Below are positions 40,163 through 50,212 of a stretch of 64,000 nucleotides of DNA, in pieces. The notes below the pieces were generated by a model, which saw nothing but the letters and a program-made list of their open reading frames with translations, did no database searches and was not told where the DNA came from. The position numbers and the translations under genes are program-made. The stretch's first letter is position 1. The number at the start of each line of letters is the position of its first letter. The DNA is from Dehalococcoidia bacterium (GTDB lineage Bacteria > Chloroflexota > Dehalococcoidia > Lucifugimonadales > UBA3495). The stretch spans positions 556,837 to 620,836 of the forward strand of contig CBDCEX010000018.1 of the NCBI GenBank assembly GCA_965216025.1, written 5' to 3'.

Positions 40163-42022
40163 TTGACCAGTAATGCTGAAAAAGCCCAGCAGGTAACTTT
40201 AGAAGAGATCCACCAGGAGAGCCTGCAATTATCCCATTCCTCTCCTGGGGTCATCCCCTTCATGGAGGATGAGATAGTCCGGCTGGAGGATGAGTCGGCC
40301 AAATTCCAGGCGGGCGAGCTGGACAATGCCCAGTTCACTCCCTTCCGGCTCAAGCAGGGTGTTTACGGTCAGCGCCAGGCTGACGTCCAGATGATCCGCA
40401 TAAAAATCCCCGGCGGCATGGTTACCCCGGAGGCCATGGAAACCTTTGGAGACATCGCCGAGCATTACGCCCCGTTACACCGAGGCCATATCACCACCCG
40501 GGAAAACGTTCAGTTCCACCACATTCCTTTAGACGAATGCCCCGACGTCCTCCGTATGTTGGGCAAAGTGGGTCTCACTACCCGAGAGGCCTGCGGTAAC
40601 ACGGTGCGCAATGTGGTGGGGTCGCCCTCGGCGGGCGTCTGCGCCGATGAAGTATTCGACCCCACTCCCTATTTGGCCGCCTACGTACGCTTTGGCGTCC
40701 GGCATCCCATAACCCAGGGCTTTCCGCGCAAATTCAAGACCGCCTTCACCGGCTGCGAAAGCCACGACGCGGTCGCCGCTGCGATCCAGGACCTGACCTA
40801 CGTTGCTCAGGTAAAAGATCAAGACGGCGAATTGAAGCGGGGATTCAAAGTGTACGTTGGAGGCGGTACCTCCATCATGCCCCGGCTGGCCAAACCGTTG
40901 TATGAATTCCTGCCGGAGGCCGATTACCTGAGGCTGGCTCTGGCCATCTGGACTGTTTTCAACAACGCCGAGTCTCTGCGCAAGAACCGAATGATGGCTC
41001 GTCTGAAGGTGCTTATCGACCGCATCGGCTTGGACGAATTCCGGGAGTTGGTCGAGACGGAGCTGGCGCAGATCGGACCCATCGACCCCGCGCCCTACAT
41101 GGACCTGCAGGAGCAACAGCGGGAAACACCGCCCGAGTTGAAAGTCCCGGCTCCGGCTACATCTAGCAACGGGCACAACGGGGGCGGCGAGTATCTAAAA
41201 TGGAAAGCCACCAATGTAGTTAAGCAGCGGCAAGAGGGCTACTGCCTGGTTTATGTTAAGCCGGTGCGGGGAGACCTGACCACCGACCAATTCCGCGGCT
41301 TGGCCAAAATCCTGCGTCGCTTCACCGGCGGCCGCGCCGTGACCACTCAGGAACAAAACTTGGCCCTGCGCTTCGTCCCCGAGGAGAGTCTCCACGATTT
41401 ATGGGACGGGCTAAAAGCGCTGGACCTGGCTGAGCCCGGCGCCCAGACCATCACCAACATAGTATCCTGCCCCGGCACCGATAGCTGCAAGCTGGGCATC
41501 ACCTCTTCCATGGGACTGGCCAAGGCAGTAGAGGAGGAGGTGAATTCCTGGGGCGACCTGTTGAATGACCCCGGAGTCCAGAAAATTCGCATCAAGATGA
41601 GCGGCTGCCCCAACGGCTGCGGACTGCACCACATAGCCAATATCGGCTTCCACGGCGCGGCGGTCAAGGGTCCGGAGGGCCAGCAGATACCTTCCTACGA
41701 GCTTTTCCTGGGCGGGAACTATGGGGACAACCAGGTCGAAGATTCCCGAATCGGCAGCCGCATTCCCAAGGTCAAAGTGCCTGCCAAGCTGGTGCCCAGC
41801 GTGTTGCGGGAGATAACGAATTACTACACCAAGGAGCGGCGGGACGAGGGGGAGGGATTCAACCAGTTCTTGGACCGGGTGGGGCTAGAAGAGGTAACCG
41901 AGGTGGCCAGTCAGGCCGCCCAGGTTTCCCAAACCGCGGAGCCCGGCTCGGACCTGTACTTTGACTGGGAACGCACCAACGCCTACGTGCTGGAACGCGG
42001 CGAAGGCGAGTGCGCCGTATAA
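40163..42022 (+). CDS. Siroheme/4Fe-4S sulfite (or nitrite) reductase
   Basis: Motifs QGVYGQRQ, HITTRENVQ, ACGNTVRN, PRKFK, CPGTDSCKLG, SGCPNGC. Confidence 0.92.
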   Translation: MTSNAEKAQQVTLEEIHQESLQLSHSSPGVIPFMEDEIVRLEDESAKFQAGELDNAQFTPFRLKQGVYGQRQADVQMIRIKIPGGMVTPEAMETFGDIAEHYAPLHRGHITTRENVQFHHIPLDECPDVLRMLGKVGLTTREACGNTVRNVVGSPSAGVCADEVFDPTPYLAAYVRFGVRHPITQGFPRKFKTAFTGCESHDAVAAAIQDLTYVAQVKDQDGELKRGFKVYVGGGTSIMPRLAKPLYEFLPEADYLRLALAIWTVFNNAESLRKNRMMARLKVLIDRIGLDEFRELVETELAQIGPIDPAPYMDLQEQQRETPPELKVPAPATSSNGHNGGGEYLKWKATNVVKQRQEGYCLVYVKPVRGDLTTDQFRGLAKILRRFTGGRAVTTQEQNLALRFVPEESLHDLWDGLKALDLAEPGAQTITNIVSCPGTDSCKLGITSSMGLAKAVEEEVNSWGDLLNDPGVQKIRIKMSGCPNGCGLHHIANIGFHGAAVKGPEGQQIPSYELFLGGNYGDNQVEDSRIGSRIPKVKVPAKLVPSVLREITNYYTKERRDEGEGFNQFLDRVGLEEVTEVASQAAQVSQTAEPGSDLYFDWERTNAYVLERGEGECAV

Positions 42023-42025
42023 CAG

Positions 42026-42853
42026 GTGGCCTCGTTAAGCGGCAGGGTAATCGCCTTCCTGGAATCCCGTATGTCCTCCGAAATGGGTTCGCTGGTCCAG
42101 CGACATGGGGGCGTGCCATATCCTGCTCCCGCCATGCAAGAGCTTTATCGGAAGGACAGCGCGGAGGTCCAGCAGCTGGTGGTGGACATCTGCGGGGGTC
42201 GGGTTGACGCCGTGGTGCTGCTCACCGGTGTGGGCACGCAAGCCCTGATCGAGGTCGCCGATGGTCTGGGCCGGAAGGATGAGCTGATCCAGGCCCTGGA
42301 CCGGCTCACAATAATTGCCCGCAGCCCCAAGCCCGCCCGGGTGCTCCGGCGCTACGAGATCCACATTGACGTGATGCCTCCCGAGCCCTACACCTCCCAA
42401 GATTTGATGCAAGCGATAGAAACCCTACAGCTAAAGGGCAAGGACCTGGCTGTGCAGCATTACGGCGGGCCCAACAGCTTTTTGGTCAATAGCTTGAAAG
42501 AACGAGGTGCTCGGGTGAGAGAGGTGACTCTCTACACCTGGGGCCTGCCCGAGGATGACTCACCGGTGCTGCGGATGATTGACGGCCTTGCCGCTGGGGA
42601 AATCGATGCCGTGGCCTTTACCAGTCAGCCGCAGGTCGGCAATTTGGTGACCATCGCCAGCCAGGCCGGTAAAGAACAGTCCTTACGGGATAGCCTGGCC
42701 GGCTCGGTGCTGCTGGCATCGGTGGGACCGGTTTGCAGCCGCAGGCTGAGGGAGGCCGGGTTCGATGTGGACCTGGAGCCAGAGCATCCCCACATGGGAA
42801 GCCTGGTAGTGGCCATTGCCGAGCACTTCGAGGCTATGCCGAGCCGGGACTGA
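42026..42853 (+). CDS. hemD: Uroporphyrinogen-III synthase
   Basis: Motifs LLTGVG, YTW, AVAFTSQPQV, VGPV; cotranscribed with a siroheme enzyme. Confidence 0.85.
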   Translation: MASLSGRVIAFLESRMSSEMGSLVQRHGGVPYPAPAMQELYRKDSAEVQQLVVDICGGRVDAVVLLTGVGTQALIEVADGLGRKDELIQALDRLTIIARSPKPARVLRRYEIHIDVMPPEPYTSQDLMQAIETLQLKGKDLAVQHYGGPNSFLVNSLKERGARVREVTLYTWGLPEDDSPVLRMIDGLAAGEIDAVAFTSQPQVGNLVTIASQAGKEQSLRDSLAGSVLLASVGPVCSRRLREAGFDVDLEPEHPHMGSLVVAIAEHFEAMPSRD

Positions 42854-42910
42854 CTTTGGGGACCTCTTGTCCTTTGCTCTTCATACGAACCACCAGCTTC
42901 CTTTCTCTTT

Positions 42911-43056
42911 TAAAGAGTGGTTAAAAAGTTCCTTGACTTCCGGGTCTAAGGTGTCATCCCGGTTCGGGCTTCGGCTTCCTCTACCCTTGTGGGAGAGGAT
43001 TGAGGTGAGGGGTATCACCCTCATCCCAACCTTCTCCCATCAAGGGAGAAGGGGCT
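42911..43056. repeat. Hairpin repeat family B, about 145 bp
   Basis: Reverse complement of 50065-50210, including the non-palindromic arm. Confidence 0.85.
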
Positions 43057-43154
43057 ATTATCAGGCTACACCAGGATCCGCATTTCTCCATTCCCGTGCG
43101 GGCAATGCGCCAGGCGTTTTCAACACCCTCGGCCAGGACTACCCTGGCTGGCCT

Positions 43155-43559
43155 TCAGTCCTTCAACCACCGCGCCAATTTCGCCCAGGGGGAAGTTGGT
43201 TTGTCCTCAATGGGCCGGTCCCGCCAGTATTTCTCGTGATGTATGAAGCGGGGCCTGACGAAGAACATTAGGTAGGCCACGGCCAGGAGCACCAGGCCGA
43301 CCCAGATTAACGGCCAGAGCCAGAACGCTCCGATAACCAACGACGCCAAACCCAGCAATGCCACTTTGGAGGGGGTTATTTTGGGCCAGCGCCGCGTTGG
43401 GTACGGGTTGGGCTGGACCGCGGATTCAGTAGGATTCATCCCGCGTGGCGCATCATCCACTGGCACTGGTCGCTCCAACTCGCCAACAGGTTTATCCGGG
43501 GCCTGCTGGCCCAATCCCTTCAGTATCTCTTCTATTTCCTCTTGGTACTTCTCCGGCAT
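43155..43559 (-). CDS. Hypothetical two-TM membrane protein
   Basis: GGAGG RBS, start MPEKYQEEIEEIL, hydrophobic hairpin. Confidence 0.75.
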   Translation of the reverse strand: MPEKYQEEIEEILKGLGQQAPDKPVGELERPVPVDDAPRGMNPTESAVQPNPYPTRRWPKITPSKVALLGLASLVIGAFWLWPLIWVGLVLLAVAYLMFFVRPRFIHHEKYWRDRPIEDKPTSPWAKLARWLKD

Positions 43560-43690
43560 GGCCCCTCCAGCTGATGCCTCCTCGGTTGCGGGCATGGCGA
43601 ATGGGAGCTAGGGCAATTATACAAGACCAGCATGCTTAGGGGAAGGAAATACCGGCAGCGGGCCCAGGTTCGACCTTCATTGAAACCCCG

Positions 43691-43720
43691 TTGACACCCC
43701 ACTGAGGGGGACCATATAAT
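43691..43720 (+). promoter_or_regulatory. sigma70 promoter of yqeY-purQL
   Basis: TTGACA-18 nt-TATAAT. Confidence 0.7.
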
Positions 43721-43818
43721 CGGCCTCGTCCCCGGTTCCGTGGTTCCGGTTCCGACGCCTCGAGTTCCCGGGACCGGAATAGGTTGAATCGTTCCGCCGG
43801 CCGGAAAAGGGCAAATGG

Positions 43819-44268
43819 ATGACCATAAGAGAGAAAATAGAAGACGACATTCGCCAGGCCATGCGCAGCCAAAATCGCCAGCGGCTTGGTGCTCTGCGCT
43901 TTCTCAAGAGCGCCATTCAATTGGTGGAAAAGGACCAGCAGAAGGCTTTGGATGACACCGGCGTCACCGAGGTAATCGCCAAGCAGGTAAAAGAACGTCG
44001 GGAAAGCATCCGCATGTTCGAGGAGGGCAGCCGCACCGACCTAGTGGCCAAGGAATCGGCCGAGCTGGCCGTTCTGGAGGAGTATATGCCGCCTCAAATG
44101 AGCGCGGAGCAGCTTTCCACGCTGATCCGAGAAGTCATTCAGCAGGTAGGCGCCGAAACGCCAAGAGACAAGGGACGAGTCATGGGGCGGCTGATGCCCC
44201 AGGTACGAGGGCTGGCCGACGGCGCTCAGGTTAACGCGCTGGTGGATGAAATCCTGGGGTCTGGCTAA
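43819..44268 (+). CDS. yqeY: GatB/YqeY domain protein
   Basis: Motifs LRFLKSAI, RRESI, YMPPQ, GRVMG...ADG. Confidence 0.92.
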   Translation: MTIREKIEDDIRQAMRSQNRQRLGALRFLKSAIQLVEKDQQKALDDTGVTEVIAKQVKERRESIRMFEEGSRTDLVAKESAELAVLEEYMPPQMSAEQLSTLIREVIQQVGAETPRDKGRVMGRLMPQVRGLADGAQVNALVDEILGSG

Positions 44269-44312
44269 CTCCATGGGTTCCCAGCCGGGAGTTAGCCGAG
44301 GGAGTTAGGTGG

Positions 44313-45008
44313 ATGCGGTTCGGCGTGGTGGTCTTCCCGGGCACCTGGAGCGATACCGACTGCTACTACGTGGTGAAGGACCTCCTGGGCCAGGACGCCG
44401 ACTATGTTTGGCACCAGGAACGCTCTCTGACCGCCTACGACTGCGTGGTGTTGCCCGGTGGATTCTCCTACGGCGACTATCTGCGGGCTGGAGCCATTGC
44501 CCGCTTCTCCCCGGTCATGACAGCGCTGCGGGACTTCGCCGATGCCGGCGGGTTGGTAATCGGCATCTGCAATGGGTTTCAGATTCTCTGCGAGGCCGGC
44601 CTGCTCCCCGGGGTGTTGCGCCGCAACCAGCACCTGGAATACCGATGCCAATGGACCAATCTGCGGACTGAGAGGACCGACACGGCTTTCAGCCGGGGAT
44701 GCAAGCCTGGCCAGGTGCTGCAGGTGCCGGTTTCCCACGGTGAAGGCAATTACTTCGCGGACGATGCCACGCTGAGCCGGCTGGAGGAGGAGAGCCAGGT
44801 GTTGTTCCGTTACTGCGGACCAGATGGAGCCGTGACGACCGCCGATAATCCCAACGGGTCGGCCCACAACATCGCGGGCATCCTGAACGACCAAGGCAAT
44901 GTTCTGGGAATGATGCCCCATCCGGAACGCAGCTGCGAAGCCCTCCTGGGCAGCAGCGACGGCAGGCTTATCTTCCAGTCCATCGTGGATAGCTGTCGAG
45001 CGACCTAG
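44313..45008 (+). CDS. purQ: FGAM synthase glutaminase subunit
   Basis: Motifs PGGFSYGDYLR, GICNGFQ, MMPHPER. Confidence 0.97.
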   Translation: MRFGVVVFPGTWSDTDCYYVVKDLLGQDADYVWHQERSLTAYDCVVLPGGFSYGDYLRAGAIARFSPVMTALRDFADAGGLVIGICNGFQILCEAGLLPGVLRRNQHLEYRCQWTNLRTERTDTAFSRGCKPGQVLQVPVSHGEGNYFADDATLSRLEEESQVLFRYCGPDGAVTTADNPNGSAHNIAGILNDQGNVLGMMPHPERSCEALLGSSDGRLIFQSIVDSCRAT

Positions 45009-45077
45009 CTGCTTTTGTTGGTCACCGGACTGGCAGTAGTTTCTGCCCTGGATTTTGGCAGCGCTGGTATTTGGATA

Positions 45078-45111
45078 AATCCCCCTATATCCCCCTTTTC
45101 AAAAGGAGGAC
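45078..45111. repeat. Hairpin repeat family A, partial
   Basis: AAATCCCCCTATATCCCCCTTTTCAAAAGGAGGA. Confidence 0.65.
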
Positions 45112-45138
45112 TGAAAATAAATTGACCCATTGGTTCTG

Positions 45139-47400
45139 ATGCCTGTCACCAAAGAAATATTGGATGAAATAGCCCTCAGTCCGGCGGAGTACCAGCTGAT
45201 ACTGGACCGCCTGGACCGAGAGCCCAATCCAGTTGAATTGGGCATGTTCGGCGCGCTCTGGAGTGAACACTGCGGATATAAACACTCCCGGCCCTTGCTG
45301 GGGCTCCTGCCCAGCCGGTCTCCCCTCACTTTGTCCCGCGCCGGGGCTGAAAACGCCGGAGCCATCGACATCGGTGATGGCCTAGCGGTGGTGTTCAAAG
45401 TGGAGTCCCACAACCACCCCTCGGCCGTGGAGCCCTTTCAGGGAGCCGCGACCGGAGTGGGAGGGATAGTACGCGACATCCTGGCTATGGGCGCCCGCCC
45501 CATTGCGCTGCTCAATTCGCTGAGGTTTGGCCCCCTGGACCGGCCCCAAAACCGGCACCTCTTCTACGGCGTTGTGGGTGGCATCTCCTGGTACGGCAAC
45601 TGTATCGGCGTTCCCGACGTGGGCGGCGAGATCTATTTCGACGCCTCCTACAACGGGAATCCTCTGGTTAACGCCATGTGCGTGGGTCTGGTGGAAAAAG
45701 AAAACATCGCCACCGCCGCCGCCACTACCGCCGGACATCTGCTTTTGCTGGCCGGCGCGGATACCGGCCGGGACGGCATCCACGGCGCGTCGGGCCTGGC
45801 GTCCCGCTCCTTTGAAGAGGAGCAGGAGCTGCGTCCCACGGTGCAGGTGGGGAATCCCTTCCTGGAAAAAATATTGATTGAAGCCTGCCTGGAGGCTCTC
45901 GCCACCGGCGGGGTGCCGGCGATTCAGGACTTGGGAGCTGCCGGTTTGACCAGCGCCGCGATGGAATCGGCGGCCCGGGGTGGGAGAGGAGTTCTGCTTG
46001 ACGTTTCCCGGGTGCACCGCCGGGAGTCCGGCATGACCGCCTATGAGGTTATGTTGTCGGAATCTCAGGAGAGAATGCTTCTGGTGGTGCCGCCGGACCG
46101 CCTGCCCGAGATATCCCGGGTGTTCGATCGATGGGATATACCTCTGGCAGAGATCGGGCAGGTTACCCGGGAGGCCGAGGCCAAGATAGTGGACGAAACC
46201 CGCCTGCTGGCCCACCTGCCGTTGCAGCCCCTGACCGATGCTCCCCGATACCGGCTGGAGGGCCGCCAGTCGGAGGAGCAGAAGCAAAGGCAGCGCCTTT
46301 CCCTCTCCCAGGTACCCCTGCCGGATTGCGGTCCCGCACAGATTCTGCTCCGCTTATTAGCCTCCCCGAATATCGCCAGCAAGCACAGCGTTTACCGCCA
46401 ATATGACAATCAGGTTCAGACCAACACCGTAGTTGGGCCGGGTAGCGACGCCGCGCTCTTGCGGATCAAGGGCACCGCCAAGGCAATCGCGCTAACCATC
46501 GATGGCAACGGCCGCTACTGCTATCTGGATCCCTATCGCGGCGGGCAGATCGCGGTGTCCGAGGCCTGCCGCAACTTGTCTTGTTCCGGGGCCGAACCCC
46601 TGGCCTTGACCGACTGCCTGAATTTCGGAAATCCGGAAAAACCCGACATTTACTACCAGCTGGAGCAGGCAATCCGGGGTATGGCGCGAGCCTGCCGGGT
46701 GCTGGAGGTGCCGGTGGTCAGCGGCAACGTTAGCCTGTACAACGAGTCCCAGGGACAGTCTATCTTTCCCACCCCGGTGGTGGGAGGACTGGGCCTGCTG
46801 GAGGATGTCAGGCTGCACGCCCGGTCTGCTTTTCCCGAGGAAGGCCTGCTGGTCATGCTTATGGGCAGTGCGGATTGGAGCGCCAAGGCGCCGGATTTGG
46901 CGGGCAGCGAATACCTGCGACTGATACACGGTCTGGTAGCGGGTCGACCTTATATCCGCCTGGAGCTGGAGAAACGGGTTCAAACCTTGTGCCGGCGGGC
47001 CATCGGTCGCGGCCTGCTGGCTTCGGCCCACGACTGCTCCGACGGCGGATTGGCCACGACGCTGGCCGAATGCTGTATGACCGGGGCCCCTTCTTCAGGC
47101 TCCGGTCCGGCCAGTCCGCAGGGAGAATTGATGGGCTTTCGGGGCGGCCAGGCTTTCTCCCGCCTGCCGAGACGTTGGGACCCGGCCCTGTTTGGTGAGG
47201 GGCAATCCCGCATTGTGGTATCCTTAGCCCCGGGACACCGGGCGACACTGGAGCAGATGGCAACAGAGCTGCGTGTTCCCCTTATGGAGCTGGGTGTAAC
47301 GGGCGGCGACCGGTTTCAGCTGGGTCCGATGTTGGACCTGCCGGTCAGAGAAATCGCGGAGGCTTGGGGTGGTGGACTGGAGCGGGCCCTAGCGGGCTAG
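45139..47400 (+). CDS. purL: FGAM synthase subunit PurL
   Basis: Motifs WSEHCGYK, ESHNHPS, QDLGAAG, SESQERM, DCLNFGNP. Confidence 0.97.
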   Translation: MPVTKEILDEIALSPAEYQLILDRLDREPNPVELGMFGALWSEHCGYKHSRPLLGLLPSRSPLTLSRAGAENAGAIDIGDGLAVVFKVESHNHPSAVEPFQGAATGVGGIVRDILAMGARPIALLNSLRFGPLDRPQNRHLFYGVVGGISWYGNCIGVPDVGGEIYFDASYNGNPLVNAMCVGLVEKENIATAAATTAGHLLLLAGADTGRDGIHGASGLASRSFEEEQELRPTVQVGNPFLEKILIEACLEALATGGVPAIQDLGAAGLTSAAMESAARGGRGVLLDVSRVHRRESGMTAYEVMLSESQERMLLVVPPDRLPEISRVFDRWDIPLAEIGQVTREAEAKIVDETRLLAHLPLQPLTDAPRYRLEGRQSEEQKQRQRLSLSQVPLPDCGPAQILLRLLASPNIASKHSVYRQYDNQVQTNTVVGPGSDAALLRIKGTAKAIALTIDGNGRYCYLDPYRGGQIAVSEACRNLSCSGAEPLALTDCLNFGNPEKPDIYYQLEQAIRGMARACRVLEVPVVSGNVSLYNESQGQSIFPTPVVGGLGLLEDVRLHARSAFPEEGLLVMLMGSADWSAKAPDLAGSEYLRLIHGLVAGRPYIRLELEKRVQTLCRRAIGRGLLASAHDCSDGGLATTLAECCMTGAPSSGSGPASPQGELMGFRGGQAFSRLPRRWDPALFGEGQSRIVVSLAPGHRATLEQMATELRVPLMELGVTGGDRFQLGPMLDLPVREIAEAWGGGLERALAG

Positions 47401-47495
47401 GGAAGTATTTTACCAATGCCAAAGTGAATCCTGTGGAGTCGGCGTTGCGTTCCATGTAGATCCCAGCTTGGTTTTGGTTTGGCAGGAGGTATCCG

Positions 47496-48740
47496 GTGAG
47501 CGCTCCTCCCCTGCGGGTACTGTTCCTGACTCCTTATTTCCGGCCCTACCTGGGAGGAATCGAAAGGGCCATCGAGCAGCTGTCCTTCCAGGTTATGCAG
47601 TCGGAGCAGGTGGAGGCGGTGGCGGTTCTGACCACCAAATACGCCTTCCCGAGAATCCCGCACCCGGAATGGGCCGACCGGGATGTCACACCAGAGGGCA
47701 TATCCATCTTGCGGCTCCGGGGCTATCCCAAACGCTCCATCCCCCTATACTCGGTTCCCCTGGTTTGGTTTCCTCCCAGCCAGGTACGCCGCTACCTCCA
47801 GGAGTTCCAGCCCAATATAGTGCATTTTGTCGGCGACGGCTGGTTCTGGGGTCATTTCTGGAGCTGGTTCTGGTTCCGGCAGCGAGCCGGGTTTATCTTC
47901 ACCCCTTCTTACCACACCCTGCCTCTTTCCCGCTGGTGGCTGCGGCCGATCAACGGGTTCATATGCAATGTGATGGACCAGGTGGTAGCCCTGACCCGTC
48001 AAGAGGCGATACAGGTTGCGCGGGACTACTGGGTCCGCCCAGCCAGGCAAGCGGTCATCGGATGGGGGGCTTCTCCCCTAAGTAACCCCCAGCAGGTTGG
48101 GATTGAAACTGCCACGCCGGAAGGTGGGGAGACAGCTTCCCAGGCAGCTTCTTCGTCAGATTCAGAAAGATCGCCGGTTGACATCCTTTGCGTCGGGAGA
48201 CTGGGTGAGCATAAAGGCCAGGGTTGGTTGCTGGAATCCTACCGGCAGGCCCGGGACCGATTTAATCGCCCGGCGCGTTTGATCCTGATCGGGCGGGATG
48301 AAGGAGGGGAATCAGCGCTGCGGGAAGAGGTGCGGCAGTCGGGTCTGGAAGAGGAAGTGCTTTTTACCGGCGAGCTGGAGGACTCGGAGCTGGTGGACCG
48401 GTATGCCCGCGCCGATCTGTTCGTCCTGTTTTCCCGCTATGAGGCCTTCGGTCTGGTTTATTTCGAGGCAATGATCGCGGGCGTGCCGGTGCTGACCCAT
48501 GACGTGGGAGCGAACCGGGAGCTGCTGACCAGGGGAGCCGTGGTGGTACCGCCCTTCGACCGGCCAGCGGCCGTCGAGGAGTTGGTGCGGCTGGTCAACG
48601 ATGCTGATTATCGAAGGAACCTGGGCCAGGAGGGCAAAGGATATGCCCTGGAAGATTTCACCTGGTCCGCTGTGGCCGATAAATATCTGGCAATTTACCA
48701 AAGCGCCCGGATACGAAAGAATCGAGGTAAGAGTAATTGA
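47496..48740 (+). CDS. Glycosyltransferase family 4
   Basis: Motifs GGIER, VGRL...KG, SRYEAFGLVYFEAM. Confidence 0.92.
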   Translation: MSAPPLRVLFLTPYFRPYLGGIERAIEQLSFQVMQSEQVEAVAVLTTKYAFPRIPHPEWADRDVTPEGISILRLRGYPKRSIPLYSVPLVWFPPSQVRRYLQEFQPNIVHFVGDGWFWGHFWSWFWFRQRAGFIFTPSYHTLPLSRWWLRPINGFICNVMDQVVALTRQEAIQVARDYWVRPARQAVIGWGASPLSNPQQVGIETATPEGGETASQAASSSDSERSPVDILCVGRLGEHKGQGWLLESYRQARDRFNRPARLILIGRDEGGESALREEVRQSGLEEEVLFTGELEDSELVDRYARADLFVLFSRYEAFGLVYFEAMIAGVPVLTHDVGANRELLTRGAVVVPPFDRPAAVEELVRLVNDADYRRNLGQEGKGYALEDFTWSAVADKYLAIYQSARIRKNRGKSN

Positions 48741-49978
48741 ATCGCGAAGAGCTGGAGGCCGGGGCCCGTAATATCCTGCTATCCAATCTCAGGAAGGGGG
48801 TTGCCGACTGGAATGGCAAGGAGTTCAGTTTTGTCGTTCCCTCGCTCCGTGGCTACCCCTTTCAGTGGTTTTGGGACTCCTGCTTCCACGCCATTGCCCT
48901 GACCCACCTGGACTTGGAGCAGGCCAAAGCTGAGCTGACCACCCTGATGAGTGGGGCCCTGCCCGACGGGTTCATTCCTCACATCATATTCTGGGAAATG
49001 GAAAAACAGCCCGATTTCCTCAGCCGCAACATTGTGGGAATGACCTCGCCCAACTACAGCTCGACCATTCAACCGCCCATTTTGGCCTACGCGGTGGAAC
49101 GGGTGTATCGGGCCACCGGCGATGAGGATTTCAAGCAGACAGCCCTGCCGGTTTTGACAGCCTTCTATCGCTGGTTGCGAGTAAATCGGGACCCGGACGA
49201 TGACGGCCTAATTGCGGTGATCCAGCCCGAGGAGGCCGGAACCGACTGCTCACCCAAGTATGACGAAGTCTTGGGATTGGAGGAGTTGAGCAACCGGGGC
49301 TTCATAACCGCGCTCAGGAAGGTGTATGAGGCCTACGAGCCCCTGCGCGGAGACGACCTGGCGATTCTGTCGGCGGACATATTCCACGTCGAGGATGTGC
49401 TGGTCAACTCCATCTATGCCTTCGGCCTGCGGGCATTGGTCAGGCTGCTGGGAGATTCCCCGGAGGCTGCCGAGGAGATCGCTGAGTTCCGACGGGAGGC
49501 CGACAGGACCCGGAACGCGCTGGTAGCCAAGTGCTGGGATGAAGAGGCCGGCGCCTTCTTCGACCTTTCCGGTGTCGCCGAAACGCCGGTGAAAGTGGTC
49601 ACCATCAGCTCATTGATGCCGCTCATTCTAGATGACCTACCCCGGCCGATAGTGGAGCGACTGGTTGAGCGTTGGGTAAGCTCAGAAAAGGATTTCTGGC
49701 TACCCTACCCGCTGCCTTCCGTACCGGCTTCCGACCCCAAGTTCATGCCCGGCAACCCCCACGGCTTCATCTGGCGGGGTCCCACTTGGATCAACACCAA
49801 CTGGTTCTTATCCCACGCCTTGAGAGGCCACGGCTATACTGAATTGGCGGCTACTATAGTAGCCAAAAGCCACGAAGCCATCGAGAAATCCGGGTACCGG
49901 GAGTATTACGAGCCCTATACCGGGGAAGGTCTGGGGGCCAGGGATTTCGGATGGTCGACCCTGATCCTGGATTTTTGA
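48737..49978 (+). CDS. GH63/MGH1-like glycoside hydrolase
   Basis: Motifs YPFQWFWDSCFH, QPP, WRGPTWINTNW, EYYEPYTGEG...FGWS. Confidence 0.88.
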   Translation: MNREELEAGARNILLSNLRKGVADWNGKEFSFVVPSLRGYPFQWFWDSCFHAIALTHLDLEQAKAELTTLMSGALPDGFIPHIIFWEMEKQPDFLSRNIVGMTSPNYSSTIQPPILAYAVERVYRATGDEDFKQTALPVLTAFYRWLRVNRDPDDDGLIAVIQPEEAGTDCSPKYDEVLGLEELSNRGFITALRKVYEAYEPLRGDDLAILSADIFHVEDVLVNSIYAFGLRALVRLLGDSPEAAEEIAEFRREADRTRNALVAKCWDEEAGAFFDLSGVAETPVKVVTISSLMPLILDDLPRPIVERLVERWVSSEKDFWLPYPLPSVPASDPKFMPGNPHGFIWRGPTWINTNWFLSHALRGHGYTELAATIVAKSHEAIEKSGYREYYEPYTGEGLGARDFGWSTLILDF

Positions 49979-50064
49979 GGGGTGGGGTGTAGGGGGATAT
50001 GTCAAAAGCCCGGTGTCTTGTCCGAGTTGGAGTAGAACATTAGATATCCCGGGAGAAGGTGACA

Positions 50065-50210
50065 GAGCCCCTTCTCCCTTAATGGGAGAAGGTTGGGATG
50101 AGGGTGATACCCCTCACCTCAGTCCTCTCCCACAAGGGGAGAGGATGCCGAAGCCAAATGGGTATGACCCGTTGAGCCTGCAAGTCAAGGAATTTATTAA
50201 ACACGCTCTA
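50065..50210. repeat. Hairpin repeat family B
   Basis: CCCCTTCTCCC...GGGAGAAGG and CCTCTCCC...GGGAGAGG hairpins plus an arm ending TAAACACGCTCTA. Confidence 0.85.
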
Positions 50211-50212
50211 AG

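Noticed and set aside
43636-43818. tRNA suggested by GGTTCGA and GGTTCC motifs
   Set aside because: No cloverleaf or acceptor stem could be built.
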